From NCBI GenBank assembly GCA_016183125.1, contig JACPFG010000063.1, forward strand, positions 1 to 36,436: 36,436 nt of DNA, read 5' to 3'. A program made the translations under genes and the position numbers. The notes under the pieces were generated by a model. The model was not told where the DNA came from. It did not search any database and saw only the letters and a program-made list of their open reading frames with translations. This document shows, piece after piece, positions 28,301 through 36,436 of this stretch (positions within the stretch are counted from its first letter, which is position 1; each line of letters begins with the position of its first letter). Origin of the DNA: Deltaproteobacteria bacterium. Lineage in GTDB: Bacteria > UBA10199 > GCA-002796325 > JACPFF01.

Positions 28301-29868
28301 CAACGCATGCGATTTACGGCGGCGACATCAAACTCCCGAAGACGCCGGGCGGGGTAGATTTCTCGAAAGTGGATCTGACCGGATTGTCCGTTGATCCGGC
28401 GACCGGCGCGATCGATTTCGTCCTGAAGGGGACGCCCGCGGGCGAGGGCGAGGCTAGCGTAGATGCCTCCGCGCTCCAGGAAAAACTCAAGGCAACGTTC
28501 CTCACTGCGCTCACTATTCCAAACTGGAAGCAGTTTATCTCGCTCGATCTTCTCCCCGATGGAAATGGGGGGTTTGTCGGCAAGGCGCGCACCGAACCGC
28601 CGTTTGAACAGACCGCACTTGCGAACACGATGTGGACGGCGGACGTGGCGATGAAGCTCGAACTCTTTTCCGCGCAGCATCAGAAGCCCAATCTGGACAA
28701 GTGGGTAAGCCTCGTCCAGGGGAGCCCCTATTGGCCGCAGATCTCGGCGGCCGGTTTTAACGCATCTCCCACGTATGTGGCGCGGGGGACGATCGTCCCC
28801 GGTCTATCTTCCCCGCTCCAAGCGACGATCGATCAGGCCTTTCTCGATCAGGCCCCCCTTGCGGTGGACATCGGCTGGAGCCAGCAGCCGTCGATTAACT
28901 TAAGCCCGTATAATTTCAGCCAGCCGGTTGTGGAGAATTTCCAGTCCCTCGTAACTGAGTGGAAGGGTTTTTTTGAGGCGGGGATGAAAGACCTCGCCGC
29001 GGTGGTGCTCCAAAAGATGAGCGCCGGCGATCCTGCCTATGGGGACCTCGCAGCGCTCTATCCCGCGGTGTTGTTGGCGCAGTGGTACAAGACGCTACCT
29101 AAGGGAAGTCTCCCATATGCCGACATCATCAACAAGGAGGCGCTGGCAGATCTCGACCTCGTTGTGCCCTTTAATCAATCATACTGGGATGGGCAGGCGG
29201 CGCAACCGCTTGGGTCGACAAATGTGAGTTGGTTTAATGGAGAGACCTGGATCTTCAATTACTGGGGCGGGGCGGAATTTTTCGTAGGATTCAACGGTAA
29301 GACCGAATCGCTCGGCCAGGCGGAAGAGACGCTATTAACAACCGTAACCGGCGGGGAGGCCGTGCAGCAGGGGGACACCTGGTATTTTTCCGGCGGGTCC
29401 GCAAGCCAGGACCAGCCGGATCTGGCCGGGATGATGAGTGTGACGACCGCGCTGGTCGTGGCCACGAAAAATGCCATAATTGCACTCACGATCACGAACG
29501 CGAGCAACATCGCCGCTGGCCCCGTCGCGTACAAGATCCTCGACCAGGTAACGAATGGGGGCGCGCCGATCACGCTCGCCGTGGCGGAAGGGAACTTGCC
29601 GGGAGTCGGCGGATGGGACGGGGTGAGCGTGGAGATCCCGTGGAGCGTGCCGGATCTCGTCGGCCTCCATCAGCTCTCCCTTGCGATCGATCCGGCGAAT
29701 GCCATCGCGGAGAATAATGAATCGAACAATATGTTTCAGACGATGGTGGCAGTCATCTCCCCGCTGCCGAAGGTTGCGATCCTTGCCCCCTCCGGCGGCA
29801 CGCTCCCGAAGGGAGAGGCGATTCTCTTTAGCGGTTCGGCCACGACCTCCCGCCCGGCCAACATCTGA
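25360..29868 (+). CDS. Giant lipoprotein, N-terminal part: S8 subtilase + Zn-dependent PLC/P1-nuclease-like domain + unknown domain + CARDB
   Basis: MRRRR..LAGLLATG-C lipobox; triad motifs VLDTG, HGTMVAG, GTSLA and oxyanion AAGND; LGHVLHLLMD..VPEH; frame breaks at ~29844. Confidence 0.85.
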   Translation: MRRRRQMVRWVGGVGLAGLLATGCGTNAPDSASGPDEPLALTPNSALQELVPTEPELLEAIQTSPTPRTITFSVPLDPRQPAAGPRDQQQERAYRLKRPYRTTEVLVGRPSDALPFERVAVPIGTDVANALASLGAEPNYLTFLAGEPTNDPYFSWQWALAKIAAPEAWELFPASAPVRVAVLDTGVDAAHPDLFGRVLPGYNAINNTENADDDHGHGTMVAGVIGAGGNNGLGIAGVAPQVEILPIKVIAQSGEGSYADLIAGIYYAIEHGADVINISAGAYAPSNLLHDALTAAEVAGIVVVAAAGNDATDTPMYPAAYPEAMAVTATDATDAIWPESNYGTHVDLAAPGANIMSTMSGGGYAFADGTSLATAHVAGAAALLLSHAAAQTGADVVSRLLSSAIDLGAKGKDAAYGEGRLTLIPPTVGKPVADAGELPAGDAEEIGQGPITVQYNVEIHQDIASAALLFLKKKLEEKAITQEMYDEFAEYKFWIRDGARAEDKAVLIGKFAEKVIDFLFGEGAPWHDPKNGKGLDPLAWGDIAYEDVNCRWFRHFYRPIDKQGFLSPPAFVEWCGELDKSMVGKEHIEFPNAYEWGGKANAQNSFDWEDAKVHYHSPDTTQKYPGLIEQNGGFFFKLQPLKLQRAYYALGHVLHLLMDTSVPEHTHIEAHAEVNPGGYEHYMKKQGTGGVMSRLNTGLLLKPLNEYPTLEKYFHEMATYSFNRNLFQGNLTGDEASGELSQMFPSLHKTLAGWWVIAGWDDTTNFFCNPSSLCDLWWSGQGDGDGDDVDFDDDWWEETEFKDSPAPPGFYYIEKSNEVCPKMYHNTPKPGNNGDMVSGKCKDKTLAAMMADDIIPMVIQYTASAMRLFWHETHADLKIVPFSVNVLQTAVPAKGSNVANYQLKFTIRNDGGADSGNVFAGFRPPGSLLEFGTTMLPSIPPGGEAPVKIALNGIALPLCAPCAAGTIVAHYVHGSETQAVATHAIYGGDIKLPKTPGGVDFSKVDLTGLSVDPATGAIDFVLKGTPAGEGEASVDASALQEKLKATFLTALTIPNWKQFISLDLLPDGNGGFVGKARTEPPFEQTALANTMWTADVAMKLELFSAQHQKPNLDKWVSLVQGSPYWPQISAAGFNASPTYVARGTIVPGLSSPLQATIDQAFLDQAPLAVDIGWSQQPSINLSPYNFSQPVVENFQSLVTEWKGFFEAGMKDLAAVVLQKMSAGDPAYGDLAALYPAVLLAQWYKTLPKGSLPYADIINKEALADLDLVVPFNQSYWDGQAAQPLGSTNVSWFNGETWIFNYWGGAEFFVGFNGKTESLGQAEETLLTTVTGGEAVQQGDTWYFSGGSASQDQPDLAGMMSVTTALVVATKNAIIALTITNASNIAAGPVAYKILDQVTNGGAPITLAVAEGNLPGVGGWDGVSVEIPWSVPDLVGLHQLSLAIDPANAIAENNESNNMFQTMVAVISPLPKVAILAPSGGTLPKGEAILFSGSATTSRPANI

Positions 29869-32800
29869 TCACGTTGAAGGCAACGGACACCGAAGGTGCT
29901 ACGGCCGCCGCCACGCGCACGGTGACGATCGCGACCCCCGGCGTCCCGGCCGTGGCGATCTTGGCCCCCGTCGGTGGCGCGGTCCTCTCCACGGCGGTGC
30001 CGATCGCATTTCTGGGCGAGGCGAGCGACTCCGCCGACGGCCCCTTGACCGGTTCGAGTCTCGCGTGGGTATCAAGCAAAGATGGGGCACTGGGGACGGG
30101 CACAAGTCTGACGACAACATTGAGCGAAGCAAGCCACACAATCACGCTGACGGCGGTGAATAGCCTGGGCGCGAAACAATCGGCGACCGTTACGGTCAAC
30201 GTGCAAATCGGCACGCCGAGTTTGGCTATAGTGGAACCGGAGGATGGGGCGACCGGTTCCGACGCGCAGCCGATGGCGCTCAAAGCCACGGCGACCGATG
30301 GGCAAGACGGCGACCTCACCGCGAAGATCGAGTGGTATTCCGATATCGCGGGATGGCTGGGGAAGGGCGGCGCGGTGGCCGCGACACTCTCCCCGGGGGC
30401 ACAGACGATTACGGCGAAGGTGACCGATAGCAACGGATTGTCGGCATCGGCCACGCGGACCGTGACGATCACGGCCACACCGCCGGCGGTGACGATCACG
30501 GCGCCGGCAAATGGCACAACCGCCGATTTTCAGTCATCCGTCACATTCACCGGGAGTGCCGCAGATCCGACCGATGGCCAACTCTCGGCGGAAAAGCTCG
30601 CTTGGTCTTCCAATCTCAACGGGTTCCTCGGCTTCGGCGCAACGCTTACCACCGCCGCGCTCAATCCCGGCATCCATGTGATCACGTTGACCGGCACGGA
30701 CAGTGATGGAGCTGCAGCGAGCGCCGCAATCAGCCTCATCGTCGACAACGGCCAGCCGATCGTGACGATCACGACACCCGCACCAAACGCCACCTTCGTG
30801 GCGGGACAACCGGTGCAGCTTGCCGGATCGGCGACCGACACACAGGATGGCGCGCTCACGGAAGCGGCGCTTCAGTGGTCGTCAAGTCTGAACGGCGCGC
30901 TCGGCACAGGGGAGGCCGTAACGGTCCAAAACCTCTCGCCCGGCGCCCACACGATTACACTCACGGCGACCGACACCGATGGATGGGAGACGAGCGCAGC
31001 GGTCCCGATCACGATCATTCTGCCCAAGGCCCCGGCGGTGGCGATTATTTCCCCGAGTCCCGGCAAGGAGTTCCTGCATGGCGATCCGATCACGTTCCAG
31101 GGGAGCGCGAACGATCCGGAGGATGGCGCGCTGGGGACAGGGCAGGTCGAATGGAGATCGAGTCTTGATGGGTTGCTTGGAGACACGCTGCAATTTACAG
31201 CCGAGTTTTTCAGTATTGGCACGCACGTCGTCACGTTCAAGGCCAAAGATAGCCAAGGCATGGAAGGGACGGCGACGGTCACGCTGGTGGTCATGCCAAA
31301 ACCGCCGAGTGTAACGATCCTCACGCCGAAACCGGGACAGAATATCGTGAGCCAGGCGGTGTGTACCCCCCTTAATGGCGAGGCCACTGACGAGCTGGAC
31401 CTGATCCTGCCGGATGAGGCCTTCGAATGGCGATCGAATCTCGTGCCGGAACCACTGGGATTAGGGAAGAGCATTTGCAAAGACCTCTCGGCCGGCACAC
31501 ATGAGATTACGCTTACGGTAACCGATAGCAACGGGGCGCAGGGCTTGGCCTCGGCCAAGCTCATCGTGGTGGCCCCGGATAACAAACTGCTCACAACGTT
31601 TGCGGATGGGAAGACCAGCGCGATATTCTCACTTGAGCCGCAAACACCGGTCATTGCCTACGTCACACTCCCGAAAGAGGCCCAGGTCACGCTGGCGCAG
31701 GTTGAGATCGCCGGCTCCATCAGTATTCAATGGCAGTTCATGGGAGAGGAGGCGGTGGGAGGGGATGTTATTGATGTGGGATACCACAGCATGCCGACAT
31801 TTGCCGATATTGATGGCGACGGGGACCAGGATCTCTTTATCGGATTCAATGCCGGCGGTGGCGGCGCTGGCGGAATATATTTCTATCGAAACGATGGCAC
31901 ACCAGCACAGCATCAGTGGACGTTTGTGACAGATAACTTTGGCGGATTCGCCAAAGATAATAGCATGACCAATTTTGCTCCAGACTTTATGGACGTCGAT
32001 AAGGACGGCGATCCGGATGTTGTCATCGGTTGGCAAGATGTCATATCACCAGAAACATATGCTGGCCATATCGACTTTTATCGAAATATTGGAACCGCCG
32101 CGGAGTCTCAATGGGCCCTTGAAAATGTATTTGCGGATGGCATCACTGGTTTGATGAACTATCCGAGACCTGCGCTTTCCGATATCGATGCCGATGGCGA
32201 CGTGGATCTTTTTTCCGGGGCATATAACCCGGAGATGAGCTTTTACAAGAATGATGGCGGCGTGTGGACTTTTATCACGCAGTATTATCCCGGTGTTTCG
32301 TGCCAATATGCGGGGGCTTTTTCGCCTACATTTGTCGACATCGACCAAGACGGCGATGATGACTTATTCGACGGCAGCGACAAGTTAGAGGAAAACGGAT
32401 TTAACCAGCTAATCTACTATCGAAACGTTGGCTCACCACAACAAGATGTTTTGACATGCATTCCATTCACATTGCCTGGGTGGAATGAGAATGTTTTTCT
32501 GCCAGCCCCGACCTTTACCGACATTGATGCCGATGGTGACCAAGACCTCTTCGTCGGCAACTATGAGGGCGGGGTCCGTTTTTGGCAGAACCCTGGACCG
32601 CAGTATCCTTTCGATCCCAGTTTTGACGTGGGCGGGGATAATCAATACGAGTGGTCGCATTCGGGCAACTACTCAGGGAAGGAAACCACTGCCGATTTTT
32701 CGACGGTGCTGAATACATATATGGCCTCAGCCCCGGCAGATCCTAATGGGCTTGTCCAAGTGCCGTTCGTCGTGACCTCTAACTCCGCCGGGATCCTGGA

Positions 32801-35800
32801 GCTTACGAACCTCAATATCCAGTATCAGGTCACCGACACCGAGCCACCGACGATCCTCGGTGTGGGAGTGAACGACCCCCAATGCTTCGTCCCGCCCGGC
32901 GGCGATTGTGGCGTTGGCCATGACAAAGCGGGGGTCGTGATTGCCGCTAAAGTTTCCGACAACGACGACATCGCCGGCGTGACGGCCACTATCGGGGACG
33001 GGCCACCGATGACCTTCACCGAAACGGGACCGGACTGGTACGAATCCCCTGGTTTTAAGGCACCGGGCCTGCCCGGGCCCTATCTTATAGCAGTCACGGT
33101 AACGGATACGAACGGACTGAGCGCGAGCGGCAACCTCTTGCTCCATGTGCAAACAACCGGGCCCGAACTTGCCATTGACCAAGACTTGGAGCTCTCTCCT
33201 GCAGTGCCGCTCGATCTGCAACCGGCAGCGATCACGGCCATGGTGCATAATTATGGGGGCCAGAAGGCCTCATTTTGGATTGAGTTTCGCCTCAACGGGG
33301 AGTTTTACGATGAAAAAGCTATGAGCCTGGAAGAGGGGGAAACAGGGAAGAAGGTCACTTTCTCCGGCTGGGTTGCTTCCGTGGGGGTCAACACGGCAAC
33401 GATTGAGCTCGATCCTGAGAAGTTGGTTCCCGAACAGAAGGTGAATAATAAGGCAACGATCACGTTTACCGTCGCCGACGGGACGCCGCCGGTGATCGGG
33501 GGCGTTGTGTTTGGACCGGCGTGGGAGGGCCCGATCCCGATCACCGTCGCGGCCTCTGACAACGACGATATCGCCTCTGTCGTCGCAAGCGTTGCCGGAA
33601 AGACGGTTCCCTGCACGTATCAACCGGCGCAGCAGAACTATCAGGGGGTCCTGGAGATGAACGTCGGGAATTATCTCGTGGATGTCGTCGCCACGGATTC
33701 TTCCGGGCTTTCCTCTCATCAACAAGTCCCGCTGGTGGTCAAGCCGCAGAAGGCCGATCTGGCCGTGGGACCGGCGGACCTCACCGTGACGCCGGCCAAT
33801 CCTCAGGCGGGGGAAGCGGCTATCATCTGCATGACCTTGCGCAATGTGGGGACTCAGCATGTGCCATTTGCCACGGGGACACTCCTGATCGATAGTGCGA
33901 CAGTTTATTCGTTTACCTTAAGTCTTGATGGCGGTGCGGCGTTACCTCCCCAGTGTTACTCGTGGAAGGGGAGCTATGAGCCCCATACACTCAAATTTAT
34001 CGCGGATCCGAATCAAGAGGTGGAGGAACTGGACGAAGGAAACAACCAGACCGAGCGAAGTGTCTCTGTCGTCAACCAGGTCCCACCGCAGATCACCGCC
34101 CTGACGATTGCATCGCCGGTGACCCAAGGTGTCCCCGCCACGGTTGAGGCCGGCGTGACGAGTACTGTGCCGCTCGCTTCCGTGACTGCGACCACGCCTT
34201 CCGGTACCGTTCCGCTCATCTGTGTCGACGGCCTCTGCAAGGGCCAAGTCGTCTATCCTCAGCCCGGCGCATCGTTCGTGACCGTGACGGCCACCGACGA
34301 GAGCGGCCTGAAACAATCCAAAGAGCAGCCGGTGACCGTCCTGGCGAACCTGCCCGATCTGAGCGTCCAGCAGGTGAAGGTCATGGAGGTCCAGGTGATC
34401 GATGGCTCGCCGGCGGCGATCGTAACGACGGTGCGCAATCTCGGCACCGCGAGCGCGGAGCCGATCAATGTGACCTTCCGCGTGGACGGGAAGACAAAGG
34501 GGGAGACGACGTTGCCGGGTCTCAATGGCGAGGCGGTCGTGCAATTTCAGTGGTCCGCGCAGTACGGCCCGCATACCGCCGAGATCGCCGTCGATCCCGC
34601 CAATGCGCTGATCGAGGCCGACGAGGGGAACAACAGTTACCAGTGGTCGATACATGTGATCGACCAGACCCCGCCGGTTATTGAGATCGTGGAGGCGCCG
34701 AAATCGATTCCGGTCGGAACGCCGCTGCCGGTGAGTGTTGCGGCGTGGGATAACGTAGCGCTGGCTTCGGTCACCGCTCAGCTCGGTGAGGCGAGCGGGC
34801 AACTCGGCTATAACGCGTCGAGCAAACGCTATGAGGGGAGCGTGCCGACGCCCGTGACAGGCTTGCTGCCGCTCACGATCAGCGCGAAAGACACCTCCGG
34901 GCTTGCCGCCACGTATTCCGTGGGCGTGACCGTCGCGGAAGACACCCCCGACGTCGCGGTCGCGGCGATGGCCGTAATTCCGGCGGTCGTGCCGGAGGAC
35001 GCGCCGCTTCCGATTGCCTTCAGCGTGCAGAACTTCGGTGGCATCGCCGTCACGACCAAGATTCACCTCGTCGTGGATGGAGCGGTCGCGCAGGCACAGC
35101 CGGTTTCCCTCGGTGCGAACGCCGCTGTTCCGCAGGAGATGACGATCACCCCGGCGTATGGAGAGCATGTCGCCAAAATCATTGCCGATCCCGATGGGAC
35201 GCTCGCCGAACCGAACGAGGCGAATAATCAACTGATGTTCACATTCTTTGCGGCCGATCTCACGCCCCCCACACCGCCGGCGCTTGCCGTTGCGCCTGTC
35301 GGATGGAGCGAAGTGACGACCTTTACCGTAACGTGGGGAGCGGCAACCGACAAGCACGGGATTGCCGAGTATCAATACCGGCTCGATCAGAATCCGTGGC
35401 AGTCGGTAGGGAATACCACTACCTGGACCGCCGGGCCCGTGAGCGAAGGGGAGCACACTATCGCCGTCCGGGCGATCGATTCGCATGGCAACGTGAGCGA
35501 ACCGGGATATGCGGCAATCAAATCCGACGTCAGCCCGCCGCCGGCGCCGCTGCTGGAAGAGACGCACTGCGGGACGATATGGACGACGCACGATTCGCCG
35601 CAACTCACCTGGGCGACGCCGCCCGATCCGGGGAGCGGGGTGGCGCGCTACCGGCTCGCGATCGACGGCGTCGAGACCATCCTCGGCAACGTGAATATGT
35701 ATCACCCGACACTTGAATCCGGCATCCACACGTTCCGGTTGCGGGCGGTGGACCTCCTCGAACATGCCGGCCCCTGGTCGAACACGATCACGGTGAGGAT

Positions 35801-36436
35801 CGACACGGCCCCGCCGCGCGCGCCCGCGATTCTCTCGCCCACGCACCCGGACGCGGAACCGTCGCCGAACAATCGGCCGCTGTGCCTCCTCACCGCCCAT
35901 CCCGACACCTCCGGTGTCGTCGGATATTCCTATCTATTTGACCAACTGCCGACGACCACGCCTGGGCCGTACGATCTCTGGCGATCGGCCGACGTAAGCG
36001 GCACGACGGAGATCGCGATCACGGCTATGCCGACGATGACCGGCGAGATGCTTCCGGTGGCGGATGGGGCATGGTATCTCCACGCGGTCGCCAAAGATGC
36101 CGTGGGGCTGGTCAGCCCAATGGCCGCCCATTACGAAATCCAGATCGACACGGTCCCGGCCCTCACGCGGTTCGATATTGATGGCGATGGGCAGGGGGAT
36201 GCCGTGATCCACCAAGACGGCAAAGGGCTTTACCGCCAGCGGTTGGCCGATCCGGCCGATCCCGCACCGCTCCTGCTCAAGGGTCTCGTTCCGGCCTTCG
36301 TGAATGGAGACGTCATCGACATGGCCCGCCGGGTGACCGGGTGGCCGGCAACGCTCTGGCTCTGGGACAACGCCATACAGACGCTGACAAGCTATCAACC
36401 GACACTCAACACCGTCGGCGCGGGGAAGCTCCTTGC
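29844..36436 (+). CDS. Giant lipoprotein, C-terminal continuation in a shifted frame (~2200 codons, runs off the window): tandem PKD/Ig-like repeats, FG-GAP/VCBS repeats, several CARDB domains, Fn3-like domains
   Basis: Not in the ORF track because no stop is reached; hand translation of sampled segments gives DLPPGQHLITLKATD, D.EDG.L...W.S..DG.LG.G repeats, PTFADIDGDGDQDLFIG and DP...V.E.DE.NN. Confidence 0.85.

Noticed and set aside
27469-36398. Long minus-strand ORFs (e.g. 33942-35900, 27469-28680, 30872-31654)
   Set aside because: Antisense shadows of the GC-rich + strand giant gene; no protein motifs.
1-36436. tRNA, rRNA, riboswitch, integrase or transposase
   Set aside because: None recognised by eye; a covariance-model scan would be needed to exclude small RNAs.

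Overview
Bacterial chromosomal window, GC-rich overall; the gene repertoire suggests a deltaproteobacterial/myxobacteria-like lineage, which is only an impression. Left third: metabolic and core genes (pckA, a Cys-less thiolase-family gene with a DUF35-SCP2 partner, an alpha/beta hydrolase, mnmA-rnc-era) interleaved with four small toxin-antitoxin (TA) modules and an AAA+ (DUF4143-type) gene. Right two-thirds: very large exported proteins. These are a frameshifted Cys-rich/TSP3 protein, a ~2100-aa Rhs lipoprotein, a YD-Ig-RCC1 protein and a >3600-aa S8 protease/Zn-PLC-like/Ig/FG-GAP/CARDB lipoprotein running off the window; a fifth (HigBA-like) TA module sits between the last two. The most striking pattern: three unrelated TA modules each end at or next to a displaced copy of a gene terminus. 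One is a synonymously recoded 57-bp copy of the DUF35 gene 3' end, one is a 28-bp copy of the S8 gene RBS/start, and one is an orphan tail resembling a B12-binding protein. No integrase or transposase is present. Several genes carry lesions (indels, one TAG, two non-ATG starts) that may be real decay or assembly error. All family calls are motif recognition by eye, not database results.
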